In this document: positions 47,163 to 59,801 of the stretch, piece after piece
How positions within the stretch are numbered: the stretch's first letter is position 1
Layout: each line of letters opens with the position of its first letter
Assembly: GCF_964355755.1 (NCBI RefSeq)
Contig: NC_092675.1
Location: forward strand, 9,419,812-9,483,811
Source: Antedon mediterranea
Lineage: Eukaryota; Animalia; Echinodermata
Length of the DNA stretch: 64,000 nt
Direction: 5' to 3'
The notes under the pieces: model-generated
Told to the model about the DNA's origin: nothing
The model's database searches: none
What the model saw: the letters and a program-made list of their open reading frames with translations, nothing else
Position numbers and translations under genes: made by a program

Positions 47163-49282
47163 GGATCAGGTGCCGTTTTCGGCCACCTCAACTTGTATGG
47201 ACTATACCATTATAAAAAGATGGAAAAATAGGGGTGTCCCATTTATTAATTGAGTGTGTTAATGTGTTAAAATACTGCTGCTTTTGTTCTTTTGTTTTTC
47301 TTGTTGTTTCAGCAACAAAGGGAAAACAACTACGCCCTGCATGCTGTAGAATTAATTTCAGTTTTCAAGTTAATGCAGTATATTATGGCTCTTTATTTCT
47401 ATATAATTTTTACAGATTTATAGATACAGAAAGTATATAAAGAAAGTTTTTATCCCAGTTACAAATAAAAAATATAATTTACCTAACGATAACACAGTAG
47501 TACATTTAATAAAGATGACAGTAGTACATTTATCACATACTGATTATTAGAGGTAATCAGTAAAACAATAAACATTATAATTTTGTCAGTGAATCTGTAC
47601 CATTTTGTTCCCAGAAAACACAGCGTTTGACATTGCATGTTTTTAGGTTTGGTCTTTCTAAAATGTTTTAAACACGTTTTTAAACGTTTCTGTGTAGAAA
47701 TACATGTTTTAATTGAACGACGTTTGCATCAAAACGTTATAATAGCGAATGTAAAACGGAGCTTAGCTTATGTTTAGTTCAAGAAAATAAAAAATATGAT
47801 TTATCTACCGATAGGATTGGGCCGATTAGAATGCATTTGCCAACATTCGTACATATTTCACAACATTATAGAGTTTAGGTAATTTAACCGATTGTAATGT
47901 AGTATTTAGGATGTTTTAATTCCGATTGTATTGTAGTATTTAAGATTTTCTAATTTCGAATCCGATTGTACAAAAATTTAAAGTGTTTAAATCTAGATAG
48001 GAATAACATAGGCCTAGTATTTAATATGCTTTAATTTTGATTATACTGTAGTGTTTAGTTTAGTTTTTATATATAATAAGTAAGTATACCTACTTATATA
48101 GTTTTTATTTATTTATTTATTCATAGGAATCACCTTTATATCGGTGTCACACATTTATCAGTTAATGGTGCTTCCAATTTACAGACAAAATTACAAATAA
48201 CATAAGCCACAAAGTTCTAAATACTAATACATAACATCAAAACAAAATGTAAACTAATTAATTAATTTATAGATTTGTATGAAAATACATATTACGTAAA
48301 TTTTACAACATATATAACTACGAAAATAAAAACAGAACAACAAAAATACAGGATAGGCCTAAGAAATAAAACTTACAGCATCCTCATAGAGATGTATGTA
48401 GCTTGTTTACTATATTAATCAATTAGTTGAGAGAGGTAATGCGGATAACATTGTAGATCTAGTAACCCATGCTTTCATTAAATATGTTTTACAATAAAAA
48501 TCAAAGATTTTTCCTAATGTTTCATTTTCAGTGAATAAATTGTCTAGCATAAAGTGGTGTTTTAACTGAGGTCCACAATTAAAATTATCCCGGTACATAC
48601 TTAATTATTGTCTAACAGAGTTTAATGAAGGACATTTAAATAACAAAATGGTTTACTGTTTCTTTTTCGTTTGTACTACACATCTTACATAATCCTGTGT
48701 CATGATTTGACCAGGATTTTCTACGACCCTCAAGATCTAGAGAGTTTGATCTTGCTTTAAATTTTAAATTGATACTCTTAAAATTAGTTTTATCTAACAA
48801 ATATTGTTCAAGGTTTGGTTCCTTTATACATAGTATATTCTGTTAACGTTGTGTTTTGCATGGAATTTCGTTTTGCATTGTGCCTTTGAAAACCACTCGT
48901 TATGATCAACTTGTTTATTATTTTTCCTAAATGGCTTTATCCAGTTAGTAGATGGTTCTTCATTAAATTTGTCTATAAAATTAGTTTTATATAAAATATC
49001 TTAATATAATATAATAATATTGTAATATAGTAATATTGTTACAAAATCTTGGCATTCCCTAACACTAGGCCTACCTAATAATAACATGCCTTTTTAAAAT
49101 GCTAGTTTTTGATGTTCTGTATTGTTCCTTGTAGTTTGTACTGTAGGTTACATAACAGAACAATTGTATTGTCTTCCCATTAATAGACACCCTTCTCAAC
49201 ATAAAACATAATACACCACACCCCTATCATAATAATGGTATAGTCCATATAAGTCGAGGTGGCCGAAAACGGCACCTGATCC
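47163..49282. mobile_element. Non-autonomous TIR element (~51-bp TIR, 8-bp TSD)
   Basis: GGATCAGGTGCCGTTTTCGGCCACCTC... mirrored at 49232-49282. TSD AATTTGAG (47155-47162, 49283-49290). Confidence 0.9.
48102..48960 (-). mobile_element. Degraded 3' fragment of a non-LTR retrotransposon (LINE) ORF2
   Basis: Minus strand ~48828-48612 reads IKEPNLEQYLLDKTNFKSINLKFKARSNSLDLEGRRKSWSNHDTGLCKMCSTNEKETVNHF/(frameshift)KCPSLNSVR, the C-terminal CxxC...E...H...C motif of LINE ORF2. Possible (TAAA)n tail at 48102-48121. Boundaries approximate. Confidence 0.7.
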
Positions 49283-50489
49283 AATTTGAGTTTTAAAAGT
49301 GAAATGATTCCTGTTTCAGGAATATTGGAATATCACTGTTGAATCTCTAATTAAAATAGAATATTAATATTAATAAATAATATAGAATGTGGTGCGAAAC
49401 TGCATAATAGCACCCGAGTAGGCCTAGGGCCTAGCCTAGTGTACTGTGTTCAATTGGGACGACGTTCCAACCTAATATTGCCATTGATTGGAGCAACGGA
49501 TGGGTAGGCCTAGCTACTATTCTTAGCCAACTTAGGCCTCTACCATCTATACCTCTAGGCCTACCATCTGCTAGGCTACTACTAGTACTAGAGGCCTAGC
49601 TGGTAGGCCCACCAACGTAGAGGGCGTAGCTAGTAGGTCTACCTACCTAGGCTAGGCTATACCTAGGCCTAGGCTAGCTAGGCTAGCTACATTTTCCTTC
49701 AGTTTCCACGCACAGTAATTTATCTTAAGTCTTAAACATATATATTATTCAATAAGCATTTATATACATTAATTACCGTCGTATAATAGCTTGATTAATT
49801 TCTAATTTATTCATTAGGCCTACTAAGGAGGCCTAGGCCTAGTATACGACGTACGTAAATCAATCGTCGTACGTATAGATGATATCCAGAAAAGTTTTGT
49901 ATAAGTTTTCTAACTATAGAAGGCGCTAAACCCATTATTGAGGGCGGTAATGCTTTTTATCAAATCATCACAAAATATCAAATACAAACCAAGTAATTTA
50001 TTTTGTGAAGTATCCGCATTTAAACTAACATTAATCCTCGTACCAAATATTGTATATTATACTATATTTTTACATAATACTTTTTTTTAGTGTACAACTA
50101 TTTCACTATAAATGGTATATTGTTGAAATAAAAATAAATAAATAATAGGCCTAATAGTTTTCGATACGATGCATTCTTTTTTTTTTTCATTACGCATCCA
50201 ACAACTAGTAATTAGCCAATTACACGATGGATAAACTATTTATAATGATATGTTGTGCTTATAAACTAAGTCTCATTTGAGTGTTGGGGAGTGGAGTTGA
50301 AGAGTCGTGAGTACATTGGTTCTAGATCAGGTTTCAACCATTGACATTGGCAGGCAAGCACGTTAACCACAAAGCTACTCCACTGCGAAAAAAAAAACTT
50401 ACCCAGTGGGCACAGAACATAATTTCAACGTTGAATCAACGTTGAAATATAGTTGATTTGTTGAAATCATGTTGTCAGCGTATTTCAAA

Positions 50490-52240
50490 CGTTGAATCAA
50501 CGTTGAAATAACATTTTTTCCCTAACTATTTTTTTTACGTTTAGTAATAAACATTGAATCAACGTTGAAATAACATTTTCTTTTTAACTAGTAATTTATG
50601 TTGATTAATAAATGTTGATTTAACGTTGAAATAACATTGTTTTTCAAACAAATGTTTTACGTTAATTTATAAGTGTTGATTCAACGTTGAAATAACATTG
50701 TATTTTTAACTAGAAATTTACGTTAATTTATCAATGTTGATCCAACGTTAAAATAACATTGTCCTTCTAACTAGTAATTTACGTTAATTTATCAATGTTG
50801 ATTTAACGTTGAAATAACATTGTCTTTCTAACTAGTAATTTACGTTAATTTGTCAATGTTGATCCAACGTTGAAATAACATTGTATTTTTAACTAGAAAT
50901 TTACGTTAATTTATCAATGTTGATCCAACGTTGAAATAATCTTGTATTTTTAACTAGAAATTTACGTTAATTTATCAATGTTGATCCAACGTTCAAATAA
51001 CATTGTCTTTCTAACTAGTAATTTACGTTAATTTATCAATGTTGATTTAACGTTGAAATAACATTGTCTTTCTAACTAGAAATTTACGTTAATTTATCAA
51101 TGTTGATCCAACGTTGAAATAACATTGTATTTCTAACTAGAAATTTTCGTTTTATTATCAATGTTGATCCAACGTTGAAATAACATTGTCTTTCTAACTA
51201 GTAATTTAAGTTAATTTATCAATGTTGATCCAACGTTGAAATAACATTGTCTTTCTAACTAGTAATTTACCTTAATTTATCAATGTTGATCCAACGTTAA
51301 AATCACATTGTATTTTTAACTCGAAATTTAAGTTAATTTATCAATGTTGATCCAACGTTGAAATAACATTGTATTTTTAACTAGTAATTTACGTTAATTT
51401 ATCAATGTTGATCCAACGTTGAAATAACATTGTATTTTTAACTAGTAATTTACGTTAATTTATCAATGTTGATCCAACGTTGAAATAACAATGTATTTTT
51501 AACTAGAAATTTACGTTAATTTATTAATGTTGATCCAACGTTGAAATAACATTTTATTTTTAACTAGAAATTTACGTTAATTTATTAATGTTAATCCAAC
51601 GTTGAAATAACATTGTCTTTTTAACTAGTAATTTAAGTTAATTTATCATTGTTGATCCAACGTTGAAATAACATTGTCTTTCTAACTAGTAATTTACGTT
51701 AATTTATCAATGTTGATCCAACGTTAAAATCACATAATATTTTTAACTAGAAATTTACGTTAATTTATCAATGTTGATCCAACGTTGAAATAACATTGTA
51801 TTTTAAACTAGTAATTTACGTTAATTTATCAATGTTGATCCAACGTTAAAATCACATAGTATTTTTAACTAGAAATTTACGTTAATTTATCAATGTTGAT
51901 CCAACGTTGAAATAACATTGTATTTTTAACTAGTAATTTACGTTAATTTATCAATGTTGATCCAACGTTGAAATAACATTGTATTTCTAACTAGTAATTT
52001 ACGTTAATTTATCAATGTTGATCCAACGTTGAAATAACATTGTATTTTTAACTAGAAATTTACGTTAATTTATTAATGTTGATCCAACGTTGAAATAACA
52101 TTGTCTTTCTAACTAGTAATTTACGTTAATTTATCAATGTTGATACAACGTTGAAATAACATTGTCTTTATATCTAGAAATTTACGTTAATTTATCAATG
52201 TTGATCCAACGTTGAAATAACATTGTATTTCTAACTAATA
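50490..52240. repeat. 61-bp tandem array (~28 copies), left subterminal region
   Basis: Unit CCAACGTTGAAATAACATTGTATTTTTAACTAGTAATTTACGTTAATTTATCAATGTTGAT. Confidence 0.93.
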
Positions 52241-53506
52241 ATTTTTTTCAAACAATTATTATTTTTGTTTTTCAATGTTATTCCAACGTTATTTTAACGT
52301 TGAAATCCAGTTGCCATTTTCAAATGACATGTTTTCAACGTTGAAAAACTCTTGAAATTATGTTGTTTTTTCAAACAATTATTATTTTTGTTTTTCAATG
52401 TTAATTAAACGTTAAATTAAAGATAAATTCTATTTAATACTTAAATTTTTTAATACTAAGTGCGTTGCCATTGATGTTTCAACGTTAAATTAACATTAGA
52501 TTTCAGTTGGCGGTTTATTTTATCATCCTTTATTGTAAAACAAATGATTATTGGTTATTTAGGAATTTTAGATTGGCAAATATTATTGTCTCTGTATAAT
52601 ACAAAAATGTTCTAGAAGTTGTGTTGAAAATTGAATGATCCTTTCATGCAAGATCAAATTTCATAAGATACGAGCTTGTCATTGGTTTAGTTTCGTTTTG
52701 ATAAAATTTTGAAACTGGTGTCAGTAATTTCAGTTACTTCGACGTAGGCTAGGCCTACAGTAGTAGTGGTGTGTAGAAAAAAAAGGCTCATCATTGAAAT
52801 TGTCAAATAAGTATGTTTTGAGGTAGGAAAACAATCTTTTTTATTTGTAATCTACTAATTTATAAGCTTTGAGCTTGACTATTTTACCCTTATCAATAGC
52901 TAGCCTCTAGTCTAGTAGGCCACACATGCATAGCTAGGCTATAGCCTGGTAGGCTAGGCCTAGAGGCTAGGCCGGCTGCCAAACTGATGAACTGAATTCA
53001 CTCACTACTAGGCCTAGTGGAAGCATTTAGTGTTATGCATGTCAAGGGCAAACATTTGCCTTGCCAAGGATAACTACAGTACTGTACTTATTATGGTTAT
53101 AAAATGGTATGTATTAGGCCTTTTAGTTCAATACTTTCTTTATTTATCTAAAAGTATACATAAATATAACATTATAATTATATAATTAGTTGGCCTAGCT
53201 AGCTTTCTGCTAGACTGTCTACAGTAGCTGCTAATGCTATTATTAGTGTTAATATACAAACACATGCTGCTAGCCTAGGACGGCTATTTGTTAAACTTAC
53301 TCGCTTTCTTTATTTCAGATTGTAGGCCTAGCTAAGGCCCTGGCCTATGCCTAGCTAGAGTACAAAATAATGAAGTACATGTAGGCCTATAATCTTTTCT
53401 ATGTGAATCAAACGAGAAAAATCTAATGGATGATCAATATTTTTATATACAAAAGGTTGGTATTTAATTTATAGTTCTTAACTTTAATATTGAATTGAAT
53501 AAATAT

Positions 53507-54497
53507 TACGCCGTGGTTAGGATTCCGGCACCGCAACTCAACTTCCCATCGTTAGGGAATCCGACACGCTATTGCGCATGCCCAGAGCGAAGTAATTATA
53601 GCTTGCACTAGTGCCACAGACCGCGCACCACATTACCCGAGAGTCGGAGTGTTAACTAGGGATGTACTGTGTAGCCAAAGATATCTTTGCTGTGGCCTAG
53701 TTAGTCGGCGCGCGGGGGAGAGAGCGATGGATGAAACTTGGCCTAGGCCATACATGAATTAATAATTACGCCACGCGTTAAAATAATTATTATGATATTG
53801 ATAAGTATCAGCTTGCGTATTTCAAGAAATGTACGAAAATGAATAGCGTAGCGTTGCGACACCGACTTCTCCCGAACAGTTCTGTTTTTTTTTTTTCACA
53901 TCCGCACGGCGGCTGCTGTCAACAAATCAACTTGTATACGATTGCATGATGTTATGTACAGTATAAATGCGTTATATGAAATCTTTTATTTTGTACTTGA
54001 AAAATCATAAAAAATAAAACTTGTCATGCAATTATTATAATTCATAAATATATAAAGTTTATATATGAATGAAGCAAATTTAATTACGAAATAAATAGGC
54101 CCAATGGTCACATCTAGCTGGTAGGCCTACTAGTATTAGTAGGCATGTAGGCCGGCTAGTTCGCCGTGGCGCAGCTATTAAAATGATCCATCGCTGTAAA
54201 GCTTGGTTCCCACTAGAACGTAACGCAAGGACGTAAATGCAACGCAAGCGTTTTAACCAATGACAAGCGAAGTTATAGACAGTTAGCAATCACAAGCGAA
54301 TAAGCCATCGCTTGTGATTGGTCAATTTACTTGCGTTGCGTTACGTCCTTGTGTTGCGTCGCTAGTGGGAACCACGCTTTGGTCTGTTGTAGACAAAAAT
54401 CGCCGATTACCTTGCTCTGGGAATGCGCAATAGCGTGTCGGATTCCCTAACGCTTGGCAGTTGAGTTTCGGTGCCGGAATCCTATAACCACGGCGTA
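53507..54497. mobile_element. Nested TIR element (~80-bp TIR, 5-bp TSD), unassigned
   Basis: TACGCCGTGGTTAGGATTCCGGCACCG... mirrored at 54414-54497. AATAT at 53502-53506 and 54498-54502. Confidence 0.85.
54200..54378. mobile_element. Harbinger-like palindromic MITE
   Basis: AGCTTGGTTCCCACTAG / CTAGTGGGAACCACGCT, preceded by TAA. Same family as 40087-40244. Confidence 0.75.
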
Positions 54498-55649
54498 AAT
54501 ATTAATACAGTGTTGCAATATTATTTACATAAATTGAATTGATTGCATATGTTACGTGTAAGTGTGAAATGATGTTCTGAATTGAATTTTTGTTTATGTA
54601 CAGTATGATTTTTGAACAATGTGTTAAAGATATAATTGAACTGAACAATTTTTTTTTAAATGTTTTGTTGAATATGCCGTCACTATAGAGTTGTTCACTT
54701 TGACCAAAAATTAGATTTTTAAAAATGCATTTGTACCTTAAAAGGGGGACAATTTAAACAAACAATTGGTTTTTGGTTAAATGTACTGTTTATTTTGTAT
54801 TTTTGTTAAGTGAAATCTTTATTGTTTTTGTTTATTTTCTACGGCAAGTGAATATCTAAATTGTTAAAATTGCAAAATGGCAAGGTATTCAAAGTATGAT
54901 TGTATTAATCTTCATTGTTCATATTTTTTGGGGACAATAAATCTTTCAACAATTAATTTTTTACTGTATTATTTTTGTTTAAAACTACAGTAACTTGATT
55001 GAATTTGTTTCAGGTTTGGAAAAATAATATTGCCACACTTTTGGAAAGCATAGGACAATGTCAACACAGGAATCGAGGCAACTGTTTATTGACTAATCGG
55101 AACAATGCAATTACAGTATTGTGTTATTGCCATCATTTGGACTTCTGCAACATTAGCACAAGGCACCTGTGACGTGTGTTGTATTTATTGTGTTTTACTG
55201 TAATCAGCCAATATTTATAGTTATTCAATCATGTTAGTTGGCAAACATATTACAAACTGGTTATTGTATATTTTTTATACTTAACATTGGTACCTGAGAA
55301 CTGTCAGTGAGGATGTACATTATTTGATTGTTGCTTGGATTTTGCCTGATGATTTGATAACACCTGATTAAATGTTATTTTATGTTTTTATAGAAATTAA
55401 AGATTAGTAAGATATACAGTATTTATAAAATGTCTCTATTGATGGATTCTGCGACGTAACAGTACCTTTACTACTAACTACTTTAAAACCGTTGATTCAA
55501 ATTGGATATAGTAATTCAACAAATCAAATTTCAACGTTAAATCTATGTTTAAATTTACGTTGATGCAAATTTTCATTTCAACTTAATTATTACGTTGTTT
55601 CAACGTTAATAATTTCAACATTGAATCAACATTGATAATTTCAACGTAG

Positions 55650-56305
55650 ACATTTTTACGTTGTTTCAACGTTGATAATCTATGTTGAATCAACGTTGAC
55701 ATTTTTGTTGAGGCAAACTTTCATTTTCAACCATTTTTTCAACGTTATTTCAACGTTACTTATTTTAACGTTGTTTCAACGTTGATAATTTCTATGTTGA
55801 TTCAACGTTGACATTTACGTTGAGGCAAACTTTCATTTTCAACGTTATTTCAACGTTACCTATTTTAACGTTGTTTCAACGTTGATAATTTCTATGTTGA
55901 TTCAACGTTGACATTTACGTTGAGGCAAACTTTCATTTTCAACCATTTTTTCAACGTTATTTCAACGTTACCTATTTTAACGTTGTTTCAACGTTGATAA
56001 TTTCTATGTTGATTCAACGTTGACATTTAAGTTGAGGCAAACTTTCATTTTCAACCATTTTTTCAACGTTATTTCAACGTTACTTATTTTAACGTTGTTT
56101 CAACGTTGATAATTTCTATGTTGATTCAACGTTGACATTTACGTTGAGGCAAACTTTCATTTTCAACCATTTTTTCAACGTTATTTCAACGTTACTTATT
56201 TTAACGTTGTTTCAACGTTGATAATTTCTATGTTGATTCAACGTTGACATTTACGTTGAGGCAAACTTTCATTTTCAACCACTTTTTCAACGTTATTTCA
56301 ACGTT
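55650..56305. repeat. 112-bp tandem array (~6 copies), right subterminal region
   Basis: AGGCAAACTT recurs at 55711, 55823, 55923, 56035, 56147, 56259. Confidence 0.9.
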
Positions 56306-59036
56306 TGCAGATAACGTTGAATTAACGTTAATTCAACCAATTTTTGCCCACTGGGTAGGGCCTAATTGCCTCTTATTTAAATTTCAGAATTTGTTGCTTA
56401 TGATTTTTAACCATTTTTGAAAAATTCAACAAACAATAATTCGTATACTCTCCAAGAGACTAACATGTTCTCTATTGTAAAATAATGGTATACCCACATA
56501 CAATGCTGCTTTATGAAATGACCTAAAACCCCTTTTCATACACTGAAACCCAAAAGTTGTAATAGATACATATAATAAAAATGAATAATCGATTTTATAA
56601 GCATTTTTATTGCATTATTTATCACCTGGGCTTCCTATTCAGACAATTTGCACATTAACCCCAAAACAGTCTCCGGAGTACTGGGCTACTCGACGCTTGT
56701 GTTGACAAATAGTAAATCGAAACAGCGCTTCCTTGGTTCTGCATTCATCTAATATAACGAACATGAAAACTAAACGTCATGGTTATACATAAAGGTGTTA
56801 TTATTTGCTCTCCGCGTGCATTTATATTATTGGAACGTGGGTAATTAAACGTACGCATAAATTCAAATATATAGGTGCTTATATTTCACGATTTATATAC
56901 TAATGTTCAATGGAAGTATTGTTTATACCAATGGAGGGACAAACCTTTTCCATAATCATTAATTGCCTAGACAAAATATAGCCTATTAAAAAAGTAGGTA
57001 GCGGATAATAACAAAGATTAGGCCTAACTTTAAAGTGTAGGCTAATATTATTTAATGTTATTTTTTTTATGTACGTCCATAGACACACACAAACAATATG
57101 CTCTGTAAATAAAGTCTTAACAGATCTTTAAGTAAATTTGTATGAGAAAAAGGCATATGAAATGTTGATTAGTGCCCAATCATTATGATCTTAACATTAA
57201 TTGTATCCATGTTTACAACCACAAGCTACAACTCTACCACTTCATCATCAGCAACACATACTACGCGTACAGTTGTTGACCAATCAAAGTCGCTTGTGAT
57301 AATTGCGCGCGATGCGCTTATACGTTACGTCAACCTAGTGTGTGAGCCAAGAAGCTTTAGGCCTATAGGCCTACAGTACATTTTTACGTATTATAGTTAT
57401 TATATACATTAGCTATTACCTTCAAGTTCTTATAACATACTGTAAATCAGGTTTTCTAAAGTAATCTTTAAAACATCTTTAGCATAAAAAGGAAGCAATA
57501 CGTGCGATTATTTGAACACTCGTGACGGTATCTTCATTTGTCATCATTCAACACAATCCATTGTCAAATTCGACCAAGGGAATAATAATTGTTTCCGAAT
57601 TCCCCCAATAAGTTCTTTCGCAGCACAAAACATGAATAGAAAGGAGATTTTAAATCATTATTATTCAAATAAATTCATGCAGACGGCTGCTTGGTAGATT
57701 TTGGATAGATTTAAAATTAATTATTATTGATGTAACATAGAGTATAAAGAAGATAATTGATTTTAATTAGTATTATAAATTTCAACCGAATTTATATTAT
57801 TACAACTCGGAAATAAATAATCATAATTCGACCTCGGATTTTGTGTGCTTATTTCTGTGTGACCATCTCTATGTTGGAGACAACAACTCGAATATCGTTT
57901 AATGCCATCACCCGTTACATTAATACTGTACCAAAGGCCGAATATCGGTTATCTGTATATAAATTATAATTAATAGGCCTACAGAGTGTTGATGATTCAA
58001 GTAATAATTTTGTCGTAGACTTTTTCCGTAAAATAATAGCCTACATTAAACACTTTCAAAATACACTAGAACTTAATATTACGTTAACCAGCATCATATT
58101 AAATAACATAATAACATACAATGAATTATACTTTTTTTTTAAATTATAATATATAATATAATACAATAGTTTTAGAAGAGGCCTTCAATTTTCTACTCTT
58201 GAACTAAATCATATTGCTGCGTTTCTTTAGCGTGCGTCGTAATCATTCATTTCCGTATTTTGCTTCATCTGTTGCCATTAAACCATCAATCATTCTTTTT
58301 TACATTCATAACTCATAACTTACCCTTTTTTACCTTTCATTAATCTCAAAATAATGCTCAAGTCATAACCATAGTCGAATTAAATGTTCAATTTAAAAAT
58401 AGACACACGATTTTGAAATTACACTTTGATGAGTAAACTATATGGAATTATTACCAGGGGAAATTGCTGTGGCCATTTCTCACCGGGATTTGCAAACGGT
58501 ACCATTTCATATCTAAAACAAGCACATTTTAACACGTTGATTCAAAACTAGAAAAAATAGGAGGAACTAATATAAGCCTACTAAGGTCACGAAGAAAATT
58601 GCAGAACCACAGGCCGTTATAACTCTTGTATTTTACTATTTAAAAAAAAAAACACTGTAGGCCTATTTATTTATTTATTATTTTTTCGTTTAGGCCTATT
58701 TTGTTTGTAAATAAGTATCTTTCTATTTCTTGATCTTATCCCCTCATTATCTTTTTTACTGTTATACATACCAACCTCCTGGTTTCCCAAAGCCTAATTC
58801 ATAATTTTTCTTGAATCATTGTAGGCCTACATTCTATTATTTTATTTGTGATTTGATGAGTAAATTTATTTGTATTTTATTTTTACATTATAGGCATTAC
58901 TTCACACTGCTCATTAAAAATACATTATATCGCCCTCTATTCATACCGAGTTTGCAAGCGTCGACACCTGCGCAGCGTGCCAGAATCCATTCAAACTACT
59001 GCGCCAAAAAGTCCAACATAAAATGGGTGATGTGAC

Positions 59037-59083
59037 CAGGGAGGTGAAAAAATAATAAATAATAATATTTGTTCACCTCCCTG
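59037..59083. mobile_element. 47-bp miniature TIR element, P-like
   Basis: CAGGGAGGTGAA / TTCACCTCCCTG with 7-bp TSD ATGTGAC (59030-59036, 59084-59090). Confidence 0.75.
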
Positions 59084-59317
59084 ATGTGACAATGTGTTTT
59101 TACGGTTTTTTTTGGTCAAATTGCATCCTTTATTCCTAGTATGTATCAGTTATGATGGCACCTGTTTTCTAGTTTAGGCTACTGCATGCAGTAAACATTT
59201 TCATTTTCTAAAAAAAATCCCAGCATGTTTTCTCAAAATTGTTATTTTTTATAATTTCAAGCGGAAAATCACACTTAAATCATGTTATACCTCCATGTTT
59301 GAATTGTCACATAACCC

Positions 59318-59801
59318 ATTCTACCTTTGGTACACTTTGAATGTAGGCCTATTGTGGCCCTGCACTGTGGCGGTATATTCTCCCTTTGGTACACTTTGAA
59401 TGTATTGTGGCCCTGCACTGTGGCGGTATATTCTCCCTTTGGTACACTTTGAATGTATTGTGGCCCTGCACTGTGGCGGTATATTCTCCCTTTGGTACAC
59501 TTTGAATGTATTGTGGCCCTGCACTGTGGCGGTATATTCTCCCTTTGGTACACTTTGAATGTATTGTGGCCCTGCACTGTGGCGGTATATTCTCCCTTTG
59601 GTACACTTTGAATGTATTGTGGCCCTGCACTGTGGCGGTATATTCTACCTTTGGTACACTTTGAATGTATTGTGGCCCTGCACTGTGGCGGTATATTCTC
59701 CCTTTGGTACACTTTGAATGTATTGTGGCCCTGCACTGTGGCGGTATATTCTACCTTTGGTACACTTTGAATGGATTGTGGCCCTGCACTGTGGCGGTAT
59801 A
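59318..59801. repeat. 53-bp minisatellite, ~9 copies
   Basis: Unit CTTTGGTACACTTTGAATGTATTGTGGCCCTGCACTGTGGCGGTATATTCTCC. Confidence 0.95.

Larger units (their letters stand above)
50402..56355. mobile_element. Non-autonomous CMC/EnSpm-like element with expanded subterminal arrays
   Basis: TIR CCCAGTGGGCA / TGCCCACTGGG, 2-bp TSD TA (50400-50401, 56356-56357). Both ends are packed with the palindrome (T)CAACGTTG(A). Confidence 0.85.
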
